A stretch of DNA of 64,000 bases from Planctomycetota bacterium (lineage in GTDB: Bacteria > Planctomycetota > UBA1135 > UBA2386): the NCBI GenBank assembly GCA_965228735.1, contig OZ245838.1, forward strand, positions 1,120,001 through 1,184,000, in the 5' to 3' direction. Shown in pieces: positions 1 through 9,721 of this stretch (position 1 is the stretch's first letter; every line of letters starts with the position of its first letter). Position numbers and translations under genes: made by a program. Under the pieces are notes generated by a model that was given only the letters and a program-made list of their open reading frames with translations, was not told where the DNA came from and did no database searches.

Positions 1-2
1 AG

Positions 3-1244
3 GCGATGGAGCAGCATCGCCACAACCTCGAGGAGGCGCAGAAGCGCGACCACCGCCGCCTCGGTGTGGACCTCGACCTGTTCTCGACGATGGGCGACCT
101 CGGTGCCGGCCTCGTGCTCTGGCATCCGAAGGGCGGCTTCGTGCGCCACAAGATGGAGGAGTACTGGCGTCAGGCGCACCTCGACGGCGGCTACGACATC
201 GTCTACTCGCCGCACATCGCCAAGGCCGACCTGTGGCAGACGTCCGGCCACCTCGACTTCTACAAGGAGTCGATGTACTCGGGCATCGACATCGACGGCG
301 CGGAGTACCGCCTCAAGCCGATGAACTGCCCGTTCCACGTGCAGATCTTCAAGAGCAGGCGGCGCAGCTACCGCGAGCTGCCGTTCCGGTGGGCGGAACT
401 CGGGACTGTCTACCGCTACGAGAACGCCGGGTCGCTGCACGGGCTGTTGCGCGTGCGCGGCTTCACCCAGGACGACGCGCACCTGTTCTTGCGCGAGGAC
501 CAGGTGGAGCCGGAGATCGAGCGCTGCCTCAAGTTCGTGATCTCGATGCTGCAGGCGTTCGGGTTCCACGAGTACGAGATGATGCTCAGCACCAAGCCCG
601 AGAAGAGCGTCGGCTCCGACGAGGGTTGGGAGAAGGCGACCAGTGCACTCGAGGCGGCGCTGAAGGCGACCGAGCTGCCGTACGGCATCGACGAGGGCGG
701 CGGCGCGTTCTACGGGCCGAAGATCGACGTCAAGATCAAGGACTCGCTCGGGCGCACCTGGCAGTGTTCGACGATCCAGTGCGACTTCAACCTGCCCGAG
801 CGCTTCGACATGACCTACATCGACGCGGATGGCGAACGGGTGCGGCCCGTCATGGTGCACCGCGCGTTGCTCGGGTCGCTCGAGCGCTTCTTCGGCGTCT
901 TCGTCGAGCACCACGGCGGCGCGTTCCCGGTCTGGATCGCGCCGGTGCAGGCGGTGCTGCTCAGCGTCGGTGAACGCCACGCGGAAGCCGTGCGGGCCAT
1001 GGCCGACGAGCTGCGGGCCCGCGGCCTGCGCGTGGAGGCCGACGACAGCAGTGACAAGATCGGTCAGAAGATCCGCCACCACCTGTGGACCGAGAAGGTG
1101 CCGATGATCGGCGTCGTCGGCGACAAGGAGGTCGAGAGCCGGTCGGTGGCCGTGCGGTCACGCGCGGACGGCGACAAGGGCACGATGGCGTTGGCGGAGT
1201 TCGGGGATCTGCTGACGGAGCAGACCGCGAACCGAACGGTCTGA
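3..1244 (+). CDS. thrS: Threonine--tRNA ligase, 5'-truncated by window edge
   Basis: KPMNCPFH, GLLRVRGFTQDDAH, GAFYGPKID and HRALLGSLERF motifs; the frame is open to the window start. Confidence 0.97.
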   Translation, partial: AMEQHRHNLEEAQKRDHRRLGVDLDLFSTMGDLGAGLVLWHPKGGFVRHKMEEYWRQAHLDGGYDIVYSPHIAKADLWQTSGHLDFYKESMYSGIDIDGAEYRLKPMNCPFHVQIFKSRRRSYRELPFRWAELGTVYRYENAGSLHGLLRVRGFTQDDAHLFLREDQVEPEIERCLKFVISMLQAFGFHEYEMMLSTKPEKSVGSDEGWEKATSALEAALKATELPYGIDEGGGAFYGPKIDVKIKDSLGRTWQCSTIQCDFNLPERFDMTYIDADGERVRPVMVHRALLGSLERFFGVFVEHHGGAFPVWIAPVQAVLLSVGERHAEAVRAMADELRARGLRVEADDSSDKIGQKIRHHLWTEKVPMIGVVGDKEVESRSVAVRSRADGDKGTMALAEFGDLLTEQTANRTV

Positions 1245-1504
1245 GCGATCCGTCAGTGTGCCGGTCGAGCCGGGCGCAGGGAGCGGGTCCCTTGCCGGAT
1301 ACCGGGCAGTCCCCGGAGCAGCCGCGGGATTTCCGGGCGCCGCTGCACGATCGAGCGCCCCGATGCCGATAGATGCGTTGCGATGGGGCTCCCAGGACCC
1401 TACCCTTCCGGGCCCCTTGCCTGGCGCTCCGCGGCGTGTGCGCGGTCCAGGCTCCCAGACCCACCCAGGAGACCAACATTTGAAGTCGAGTTCCGAGAGG
1501 CCCC

Positions 1505-2041
1505 ATGCGCGGCAGGCCTGATCCGCGTCGCCGTGCTCCGCAGGGCCCGCGTATCAATCACCAGATCCGCATCCGTCAGGTCCGCGTCATCGACGAGGAC
1601 AACGAGCAGCTCGGCATCCTCGAGACTGCCGACGCGCTGGCTCTGGCCCACAAGAAGCAGCTCGACCTCGTCGAAATTGCCCCGAACCAGCGGCCGCCCG
1701 TGTGCCGCATCATGGACTTCGGCAAGTTCAAGTACGAGGAGAAGAAGAAGGAGCAGCAGAGCCGGCGCAAACAGCACCAGGTCCAGGTCAAGGAGGTGCG
1801 CGTTCGCCCGGCGATCGGCACCCACGACCTCGACGTCAAGCTCAAGCGCGCGCGACGCTTCCTCGAGGACGGCGACAAGGTGATGGTCGTCTGCCTGTTC
1901 CGCGGCCGCCAGATGGTCCACAAGGAAGTGGGCGAGGAGGTCGTGATGGGCGTCGTGAAGGCGCTCGAGGACATCGCCAAGGTCGAGAGCCCGATCCGCA
2001 TGGAGGGCCGCCGGATGGTCCTCGTGTTGGCCAAGAAGTAG
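1505..2041 (+). CDS. infC: Translation initiation factor IF-3
   Basis: RINHQIR..VRVID, PPVCRIMDFGKFKYE, KRARRFLEDGDKV; follows thrS; exact start uncertain. Confidence 0.96.
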   Translation: MRGRPDPRRRAPQGPRINHQIRIRQVRVIDEDNEQLGILETADALALAHKKQLDLVEIAPNQRPPVCRIMDFGKFKYEEKKKEQQSRRKQHQVQVKEVRVRPAIGTHDLDVKLKRARRFLEDGDKVMVVCLFRGRQMVHKEVGEEVVMGVVKALEDIAKVESPIRMEGRRMVLVLAKK

Positions 2042-2137
2042 GGCCAACCCCGACGGTTCGCGGCATCCGACGATCGCGGTCCGCCGAACCGACTGAGGGG
2101 CGGAGGTCGAGCACCGCCGTCCCGCGACCGCTACAAC

Positions 2138-5100
2138 ATGACGGACATGCCAGCTCCCGACTTCGAGGAAGTCTTCGGTCTGAACGCCGCCTACGCCGAG
2201 AAGGTCTACGGCGAGTACCTGGAGGCTCCGGACGCCGTGCCCGCCGAGTGGCGGCTGTGGTTCGACAGCGAGTTGCCGGAAGAGATGCGCGCGAGCCCGG
2301 ACGCCCGCGCCAAGAAGGACGGCGGCCGGGCGGAACAGAACGGCGCAGCGACGCCGGCGGACCCGGACACCACGCTGGAACCATTGCGCGGCGTCGCCGC
2401 CAAGATCGTCGAGAACATGTCGGCGAGCGTTTCGGTTCCGACCGCGACGTCGACGCGCGAGGTGCCCGTCAAGGTCCTCGCCGAGAACCGCGCGACCATC
2501 AACCGCCACCAGCTCGGCCAGCACCTGCCGAAGGTCAGCTTCACCCACCTGATCGGCTACGCGATGGCGCGCGCGATCGCGAAGGTGCCGGCGATGGCCG
2601 GGGTCTACGTCGAGCAGGACGGCAAGCCGTACCGGCGCCAGGACGCGTCGGTCCAGCTCGGCATCGCGGTCGACCTGCCGGGCAAGGACGGGCGTCGCAG
2701 CCTCGTGGTGCCCAACGTGCGGGACGTCGGCAAGTTGTCGTTCGCCGAGTTCTTCGAAGCGTTCAACGGACTCATCGGCAAGGCGCGCAAGGGCAAGCTC
2801 GCGCCCGACGACTTCGCGGGCACGACGTGCACGCTGACCAACCCGGGCACGATCGGCACCGTCAGTTCGCTGCCGCGGCTGATGACCGGCCAGAGCTTCA
2901 TCCTCGCCACGGGCGCGATCACGGTGCCCGGTGCGTTCCAGGGGGCAGCCCCCGACACGCTGACCGAGCTCGGCGTGTCCAAGGTCATGACGCTCACGAG
3001 CACCTACGACCACCGGGTCATCCAGGGCGCCGAGTCCGGCATGTTCCTCGACTGGATGCACAAGCTGCTGCTCGGGGAAGAGGACTTCTTCGACGAGATC
3101 TACCGGTCGATGAAGGTGCCGTACCGGCCGGTCCGCAACGCGGTCGACCGGCGGGCGCCGCTCGGCAGTTCGCTCCGCGAGGCCGAGAGCCTCGAGCGCG
3201 CGGCGGGTCTGATGACGTACATCCGCAGCTATCGCGTGCGCGGCCATGCGCTCGCCAAACTCGATCCGCTGACCTACGAACCGCAGGATCTGGCCGAGCT
3301 CGACATGGCCACCTACGGCCTGACGATCTGGGACAAGGACCGCACGTTCTACAGCGACGGGGTCACGAAGGCGCCGTTCGCCAAGCTGCGCGACATTCAG
3401 GAGGTGCTGCACCTGACCTACACGCGCCACGTCGGCGCGGAGTTCATGCACATCGCCGATCAGGAGCAGCGGCATTGGCTGCGTGATCGGATGGAGGGAT
3501 CGCGCAACGAGGAAGAGCTCGGCAAGGACACCGAGTTGCGGATCCTCGATCAACTCGTCGAGGCCGAGGCGTTCGAGCAGTTCCTGCACACGCGCTTCGT
3601 CGGCCACAAGCGGTTCTCCCTCGAAGGCGGCGACACCCTGATGCCGACCCTGCACGCGCTGCTCGATCGAGCCAGCGAGCACGGCGTCGACCGGGCGGTG
3701 CTCGGCATGGCGCACCGCGGTCGCCTCAACGTGCTCGCGCACGTGATGCAGAAGCCGCTGACCAAGATCTTCGGCGAGTTCGAGGGCTGGATCGATCCGT
3801 CGATGGCGCAGGGCTCGGGCGACGTGAAGTACCACCTGGGCGCGGTCGCCGACTACGAAACCCCGGCGGGCGAGCGGGTGAAGCTCGAGCTCGCGTGCAA
3901 TCCGAGCCATCTCGAGGCCGTCGATTCGGTCGTCGAGGGCATGACGCGCGCGCGCCAGGACCAGCTGCTGGCCGAGGGCGTCGAGGAACCGACGAAGGCC
4001 GTGCTGCCGATCCTCGTCCACGGCGACGCCGCGTTCGCGGGGCAGGGCGTCGTGTTCGAGACGATGCAGATGTCACAGCTGCGCGGCTACCGCACGGGCG
4101 GCACGGTGCACATCATCGTGAACAACCAGATCGGCTACACCACCGACCCGAAGGACTCGCGCAGCACGCCGTTCTGCACGGACGTCGCGAAGGGCATCCA
4201 GGCGCCGATCTTCCACGTCAACGGCGACGACCCGCTCGCGGCCGTGCGGATGATCCGGCTCGCGATGGAGTACCGCACGCGGTTCCAGGCCGACGTCGTC
4301 GTGGACATCGTGTGCTACCGGCGCCACGGTCACAACGAGGGTGACGAGCCGAGCTACACGCAGCCGCTGCTCTACGAGCAGATCGAATCGCACCCGACCG
4401 TGCGCACGATCTATCAGGACTATCTGATCCGGGCCGGCGTGCTGCAGCCCGAGGAGGCCGCGGCCTACGACGACAAGGTCCACGACCGACTCAAGGAGTC
4501 GCTCGACCAGGTGCGCAGCAGCGAGGCACCCGCGGTCGAAGTCGAGACCGGGGCGACACCGGACTCCGAATGGCAGCACGCCGCGGCTCCGGTCGAGGCC
4601 GGCAAGCTCACGGCGTTCAACGACAAGCTGCTCGACTGGCCCGAGGACTTCCACGCGCACCCCAAGGGCCGTGGCGTGCTGCAGCGCCGGGCCGACATGG
4701 TCGCCGGCAAACAGCCGATCGACTTCGCGACCGGCGAGGCGCTCGCCTTCGCGAGCCTCCTGGCCGCAGGCGTGCCGGTTCGACTCGCCGGCCAGGACAG
4801 CGGTCGCGGCACGTTCAGCCAACGCCACGCGGCGCTCTACGACTCCGAGGACGGCCACCGCTACGTGCCGCTGGACCACCTCGCCGAGGACCAGGCCCGC
4901 TTCGAGGTCGTCGACAGCCTGCTCAGCGAGGAAGCGGCGCTCGGCTTCGAGTACGGCTACAGCGTCGCCAACCCGAAAGGCCTGACCCTGTGGGAGGCCC
5001 AGTTCGGCGACTTCTGCAACGGCGCGCAGATCCAGATCGACCAGTTCCTCGCAGCCGGCGAGGCCAAGTGGTCGCAGCAGAGCGGGCTCGTGATGCTGCT

Positions 5101-5713
5101 GCCGCACGGCTACGACGGCCAGGGGCCGGAGCACAGTTCGGCGCGCCTCGAGCGCTTCCTGCAGCTCTGCGCCGAGAACAACATGCGCGTGGCCAACCCG
5201 ACGACGACCGCGAGCTACCACCACCTGCTGCGCGCGCAGGCGCTGGACGAGGATCGCAAGCCGCTGATCGTCATGACGCCGAAGAGCCTGCTGCGCATGC
5301 GCCCGGCCGGTTCGACGCTCGAGGAGCTGGCGAGCGACGGCTTCCGGCCCGTGATCGACGACGCCTCGATCGACAGCGCCGCCAAGGTCAAGCGCGTCGT
5401 CTGCTGTTCGGGGAAGGTCTACTACGACCTGCTCGACGCCCGCGGCGACCGACGGGACGTCGCGCTCGTGCGGCTGGAGCTGCTCTACCCGTGGCCCGCT
5501 GCGGCGGTCGCGGCCGTGCAGAAGCGCTTCAAGAAGGCGGAGTTCGTCTGGTGCCAGGAGGAGCCGACGAACATGGGCGCCTGGAGCTTCGTCCGGGATC
5601 GGTTCGAGTGGGCCGAGGTCGTCGCCCGTGACGCCGCCGCGAGTCCGGCCACGGGGTCGCTGCAGATGCACAAGGCCGAGCAGGCGCACCTCGTCGAGCG
5701 CGCGCTCGGCTGA
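2138..5713 (+). CDS. sucA: Multifunctional 2-oxoglutarate decarboxylase/dehydrogenase E1 with fused E2-type acyltransferase domain (OdhA/Kgd type)
   Basis: N-terminal FGLNAAY; E2 domain TLTNPGTIG...TYDHRVIQGAESG; E1 motifs KRFSLEGG, HGDAAFAGQG, WEAQFGDF, GQGPEHSSARLERFLQL. Confidence 0.95.
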   Translation: MTDMPAPDFEEVFGLNAAYAEKVYGEYLEAPDAVPAEWRLWFDSELPEEMRASPDARAKKDGGRAEQNGAATPADPDTTLEPLRGVAAKIVENMSASVSVPTATSTREVPVKVLAENRATINRHQLGQHLPKVSFTHLIGYAMARAIAKVPAMAGVYVEQDGKPYRRQDASVQLGIAVDLPGKDGRRSLVVPNVRDVGKLSFAEFFEAFNGLIGKARKGKLAPDDFAGTTCTLTNPGTIGTVSSLPRLMTGQSFILATGAITVPGAFQGAAPDTLTELGVSKVMTLTSTYDHRVIQGAESGMFLDWMHKLLLGEEDFFDEIYRSMKVPYRPVRNAVDRRAPLGSSLREAESLERAAGLMTYIRSYRVRGHALAKLDPLTYEPQDLAELDMATYGLTIWDKDRTFYSDGVTKAPFAKLRDIQEVLHLTYTRHVGAEFMHIADQEQRHWLRDRMEGSRNEEELGKDTELRILDQLVEAEAFEQFLHTRFVGHKRFSLEGGDTLMPTLHALLDRASEHGVDRAVLGMAHRGRLNVLAHVMQKPLTKIFGEFEGWIDPSMAQGSGDVKYHLGAVADYETPAGERVKLELACNPSHLEAVDSVVEGMTRARQDQLLAEGVEEPTKAVLPILVHGDAAFAGQGVVFETMQMSQLRGYRTGGTVHIIVNNQIGYTTDPKDSRSTPFCTDVAKGIQAPIFHVNGDDPLAAVRMIRLAMEYRTRFQADVVVDIVCYRRHGHNEGDEPSYTQPLLYEQIESHPTVRTIYQDYLIRAGVLQPEEAAAYDDKVHDRLKESLDQVRSSEAPAVEVETGATPDSEWQHAAAPVEAGKLTAFNDKLLDWPEDFHAHPKGRGVLQRRADMVAGKQPIDFATGEALAFASLLAAGVPVRLAGQDSGRGTFSQRHAALYDSEDGHRYVPLDHLAEDQARFEVVDSLLSEEAALGFEYGYSVANPKGLTLWEAQFGDFCNGAQIQIDQFLAAGEAKWSQQSGLVMLLPHGYDGQGPEHSSARLERFLQLCAENNMRVANPTTTASYHHLLRAQALDEDRKPLIVMTPKSLLRMRPAGSTLEELASDGFRPVIDDASIDSAAKVKRVVCCSGKVYYDLLDARGDRRDVALVRLELLYPWPAAAVAAVQKRFKKAEFVWCQEEPTNMGAWSFVRDRFEWAEVVARDAAASPATGSLQMHKAEQAHLVERALG

Positions 5714-5732
5714 GCGCGTCGCTGCGATTCGC

Positions 5733-6437
5733 CTACGGCCGCGGCAGCTCGAGCGCGCACCAGTCCGTCAGGGCGGCGAGCACCGCCGCGCGCTTCTCGG
5801 TCCGCGACATCCGTTCTTCGCAGCGTGAGAGCTCGACCTGCACCCAGGGCTGTTCGCCGCCGTGGGTGCGCGTGATGTAGCCGCCGGCGAACGGCGCGTT
5901 GAGCGTGACCTGGTCGGTCCCGAAGTGGCGGCCGAAGCACTCGACGAGCGCGTCCACCCAGGGGCGGGGGCACGCCGCGCCGCGCGCGTCGCCCAGACAC
6001 ACGAGCGGCCGCCGTGCGCCGGGGTCCGGCGCCACCGGCGGCCCGATCGCGGCCATCGTGTGGCAGTCCACGGCGAGTTTGACCGCGCCATGCCAGCCTG
6101 CGAGCCGGTCGTGATACGGCTGCCAGTGCGCGTCGAACAGCGCGCGGATCTCCTTCTGCGACAGCGGCTCGCGCCACACGGGTTCGTCGTAGCACGTGTG
6201 CGTCTTGATCACGCCGTCCTTGTGGAAGTCCTCGAGCCCGCGGTTGAGGTCGAGCACGGCGCGCGCGACGGTCGTCGTCACGAACTCCTGCACCTCCGCT
6301 TCGAGCGCGTAGATCTCGGCCGCGCCGACGTCGCCGTCGCGTTCGAGCTGCTCGGGCAGGAGCAGGCAGCGGTCCGCCAGATCCTCCGGGACCCGGAGGC
6401 CGGCGTGCGGCACGGACAGCGCGAGCGGCAGCGTCAT
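5733..6437 (-). CDS. N-formylglutamate amidohydrolase family protein
   Basis: SVPHAG, RAVLDLNR, WQPYHDRL, VDCHTM, NAPFAGGYIT and QVELSR motifs. Confidence 0.88.
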   Translation of the reverse strand: MTLPLALSVPHAGLRVPEDLADRCLLLPEQLERDGDVGAAEIYALEAEVQEFVTTTVARAVLDLNRGLEDFHKDGVIKTHTCYDEPVWREPLSQKEIRALFDAHWQPYHDRLAGWHGAVKLAVDCHTMAAIGPPVAPDPGARRPLVCLGDARGAACPRPWVDALVECFGRHFGTDQVTLNAPFAGGYITRTHGGEQPWVQVELSRCEERMSRTEKRAAVLAALTDWCALELPRP

Positions 6438-8017
6438 ACGCCGGCCGCCGAGCCGTCACGGCGCAGATCGGCGACGCCGAGCAGCCCGCCCGGCTCGCGC
6501 ATCACGGCCTGCACGCAGCCGAGGTAGAAGGAGAACGGTTCGACCTCATTCACCTCGAAGCCCGCGGCTCGCAGCGCGGCCGGGATGTCCGACCGCATGC
6601 GTGACATCTCGAGCGACACCTTGCCGTCCGCGCCGCAGTGCATCCGGGGTGCCGTGATCGCGTCCATGAGCGACTGCGATTCGAGTCCGAGCAGGACCTG
6701 CGCGATCGCGGTGGCGATCCGTTCGCTGCCGGGCGAGCCCAGTACGAGGCCCGGCCGGTCACCGTCCATGACGATCGTCGGCGCGACGCTGGCCCACGGC
6801 ACCGCACCGGCCTGCAGGTAGTAGGGGTGCGAGCTGTCCTCGTGCTCGAACGCGCTCATGTAGTTGTTGTAGAGGAACCCGAGGTCGGGGCTCATTGTGC
6901 ACGCGCCGTAGACCCGTTCGATCGACTGCGTCAGACCGACGGCGCAGCCGCTCTCATCCATCGTCGACAGGTGCGTCGTCTCACCCGACGTCTCGATGGG
7001 GGCCGGGTTCTTGACCCTGGTGCGGACCTCCTCGGCAACTCGCGCCGCGAGGTCTTCGCCGCGCTCGGCCTCGTACTCGGCCTGGGAGAACGACGACGGC
7101 TCCGCCGGGCGGCTCTGCCGATCGAGCATCGCGCGCCGAATCGTCTCCGCGAAGATGACGGCCGTCTTCGCCGAGTCCGTCGGGCCCGTCATCTCCGGCA
7201 GGTGCCCGAGCAGTTCGAGCACGTACATCAACGTGCGGCCCGCGCTGGGCGGCGGCAGCGTGAAGTACGGCCGGGACCGGAACGTGCCGGCCATCGGCTC
7301 GCGCTCGATCGGTCTCGGAACGTCGGCGAGATCCTCGGCGTCGATGAGGCCATCGTTCGCCGCCATGTCGGCCGCGATGTCGCGCGCGATCCCGCCCGTG
7401 TAGAAGTCCTCGTAGCCGTGATCCGCGAGTCGCCGCAGGGTCTTGCTGAGCGTCGGCTGGCGCAGCACGAAGCCCGCGGGCCACGGCTCACCGTTGCCGG
7501 CGAGGAAGACCGCCCCGGCCGGGCTGCGGCGCAGGTGCCCGCACTCACGGCGGGTCAGCCGCCGCAGCAGCCGGGAGATGCGGAAGCCTTCCTCCGCGAG
7601 CTCGATCGCGGGCTCGACGACCTGACTCCAGGGCAGCGTGCCGAACTTCTCCAGCGCGTAGCCGAGGCACGCCACCGTGCTCGGCACGGTCGTCGCCCGA
7701 TGGCCGCGCAGCCGGGCCTTCTTGTCGAGCCCACCGCTCGGCGTATGGCGCGGCGCGCGTGACGAGCCGTCGAGCGCGACGGTCCGATCCCCCGGGACGT
7801 GAATCAGCATCATCGTCTGGCCACCGAGGCCAGAGGCCGCGGGTTCGCAGACGCCGAGCGCGATCGCGGTCGCAACCGCGGCATCGACGGCGTTGCCGCC
7901 GGCCGCGATCATGCGCGCGCCGGCTGCCGTCGCGCGGTGGTGGGCCGAGGCGACCATGCCGCGCGTCCCGTGGGCGACGCGTTGGGGGTGTCCGAGTTTG
8001 GTCTTGGGCAAGGTCAG
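6434..8017 (-). CDS. ggt: Gamma-glutamyltransferase family (Ntn hydrolase), cytoplasmic paralog
   Basis: GGNAVDAAVA, EPAASGLGG, ETTHLS nucleophile, GSPGS, DLRRDG; start CTG 8017 or TTG 8011 after GGAG; no signal peptide. Confidence 0.9.
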   Translation of the reverse strand: MTLPKTKLGHPQRVAHGTRGMVASAHHRATAAGARMIAAGGNAVDAAVATAIALGVCEPAASGLGGQTMMLIHVPGDRTVALDGSSRAPRHTPSGGLDKKARLRGHRATTVPSTVACLGYALEKFGTLPWSQVVEPAIELAEEGFRISRLLRRLTRRECGHLRRSPAGAVFLAGNGEPWPAGFVLRQPTLSKTLRRLADHGYEDFYTGGIARDIAADMAANDGLIDAEDLADVPRPIEREPMAGTFRSRPYFTLPPPSAGRTLMYVLELLGHLPEMTGPTDSAKTAVIFAETIRRAMLDRQSRPAEPSSFSQAEYEAERGEDLAARVAEEVRTRVKNPAPIETSGETTHLSTMDESGCAVGLTQSIERVYGACTMSPDLGFLYNNYMSAFEHEDSSHPYYLQAGAVPWASVAPTIVMDGDRPGLVLGSPGSERIATAIAQVLLGLESQSLMDAITAPRMHCGADGKVSLEMSRMRSDIPAALRAAGFEVNEVEPFSFYLGCVQAVMREPGGLLGVADLRRDGSAAGV

Positions 8018-9714
8018 CGCGACTCCGGCGCGGTGGTGGCTGGCGTTGGGGCTGGAACGGCGGTCAGGCCCGCAGCGAGGCCGTCGCGGCGAGGATCCGC
8101 CGCGCCGCGCCATTGCCCGTCCGGATCGCGGGCGAGGGCATGGACGCCGCCGAAGTAGGGATCGCGGTCGCCGGCGAACAAGCTCGTGAGCGGCATCGCG
8201 GTCGTGAACCCGCGACGCGCGAGCTCGAAGAGCAGGGGGCGCGAACGTGGCCGCGACTCGAACATGAGCTCGTCGTCCTGGGGCACGACGTGCATGCGCG
8301 GCGCTCCGACCGCAGCGCCGACGTCGAGGCCGCGGTCGATCCAGTTGCTCGTCACCTGCACGACGGCCGAGATGATCCGCTTGCTGCCAGGGCTGCCGGC
8401 GGTGAACAGCGGCACGTCGTCCTTCGACACCACGGTCGCGCTCATCGACGAGTAGGGCAGCGCGTTCGGGCGCAGCGCGAACGGGTGACCGGGGTTGCCG
8501 ATCTCGAACTCGCGCATGTAGTCGTTGTAGAGAAACCCGAGCTCGGGCGACATGCAGCGGGCGCCGAAGTAGGCGTTGACGCTCAGCGTCGCGGCCACGA
8601 CCGTGCCGTCCTTGTCGACGACGCAGAAGTGGGTCGTCTCGCCGCCGCCCCGAAGAGGTTGCGGGGGCGACTGCGGCCGCGGCATGCCGAGCTCGCGCAC
8701 GAGTTCGGCGGCGACGCTCTTCTGCAGGCGCTGCTCGACCGCGCGCGTGTAGTCCCGCGCATCGGGGATCGGCGCGAGCAGCCGGCGGTCGTGGGCGGCA
8801 CGCAGTGCTTCGGCGACCCACAGCTGGGCGTCGGCCGAGCCGCTCGCGAGCACCGAGGGCGGGGCGTGTTCGAGCACGTTGAGCGCGAACAGCGCCACCC
8901 AGCCACCGGCCGGCGGCGGCAGCGTGAAGATGTCATAGCCGCGGTAGGTGCCGCGCAGGGCCGGGCCGACCTTCGGCTCCGGGAAGTCGGCGAGATCCGC
9001 GGCGGTGATCCAGCCGTCGTTGCTCGCCATGTCGGCCGCGATCGCCGCGGCGATCTCGCCGCGGTAGAAGTCGTCGCCGCCGGCCTCCGCGAGCCGACGC
9101 AGGGTCCGCCCCAGCGCCGGCTGGGTGCAGCGGTCGCCGACTTTCGGCACCGAGCCGTCGGCGGCGAGGAACACCGCCGCCACGGCCGGGTCGCGCTGCA
9201 ACCCGGTGAGCGACTTCGCCACGGAGTGGCGGCGGAACGGGCCGAGCACGAACCCGTTCTCCGCATCCACGATCGCAGGTGCGAGCAGGTCCGGCCACGC
9301 GACGTTGCCGCTGCCGAACCGCCGCCAGGCGAGGTCCATCACCTTGACCATGCTCGGCACGGTCGTGGCGCGGTGCCCGCGCACCTCGGCGGAGGTCGCG
9401 TTCGGATCCGTCGCCGCTGGCGAGACGGTCGAGCCGTGGATCACGAACGCGGGTTCGCCCGGCCGCTGGATCAGCAGGAACGCCTGGCCGCCGATGCCCG
9501 AGCCCGCCGGCTCGGTGACGCCGAGGTCGAAGGCCACGGCCACCGCCGCGTCGATCGCGTTGCCGCCGTGCGCGAGGACCTCGAGGCCGGCCCGCGTGGC
9601 CTCGGGCGAGGCCGACGACACGACGCCGTTGCCGGAGGCCACCGAGGGCTTGTGAGCGGGGACGGAACAGGCCGCCGCAGCAGCCACGAGAAGTAGAACA
9701 CCGGAACGTGACAT
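8014..9714 (-). CDS. ggt: Gamma-glutamyltransferase family lipoprotein
   Basis: Lipobox-like LLLVAAAAAC; GGNAIDAAVA, ETTHFCVVD nucleophile, ADPRRDG. Confidence 0.9.
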   Translation of the reverse strand: MSRSGVLLLVAAAAACSVPAHKPSVASGNGVVSSASPEATRAGLEVLAHGGNAIDAAVAVAFDLGVTEPAGSGIGGQAFLLIQRPGEPAFVIHGSTVSPAATDPNATSAEVRGHRATTVPSMVKVMDLAWRRFGSGNVAWPDLLAPAIVDAENGFVLGPFRRHSVAKSLTGLQRDPAVAAVFLAADGSVPKVGDRCTQPALGRTLRRLAEAGGDDFYRGEIAAAIAADMASNDGWITAADLADFPEPKVGPALRGTYRGYDIFTLPPPAGGWVALFALNVLEHAPPSVLASGSADAQLWVAEALRAAHDRRLLAPIPDARDYTRAVEQRLQKSVAAELVRELGMPRPQSPPQPLRGGGETTHFCVVDKDGTVVAATLSVNAYFGARCMSPELGFLYNDYMREFEIGNPGHPFALRPNALPYSSMSATVVSKDDVPLFTAGSPGSKRIISAVVQVTSNWIDRGLDVGAAVGAPRMHVVPQDDELMFESRPRSRPLLFELARRGFTTAMPLTSLFAGDRDPYFGGVHALARDPDGQWRGAADPRRDGLAAGLTAVPAPTPATTAPESR

Positions 9715-9721
9715 CGTGCGA

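Noticed and set aside
1245..1466. L20-leader or other ncRNA between thrS and infC
   Set aside because: Only generic GC-rich stems, and rplT is not downstream
6434..8821. 795-aa ORF suggesting a long N-terminal fusion on the second GGT
   Set aside because: The extension is an alternative frame of the upstream GGT; homology starts near 8017
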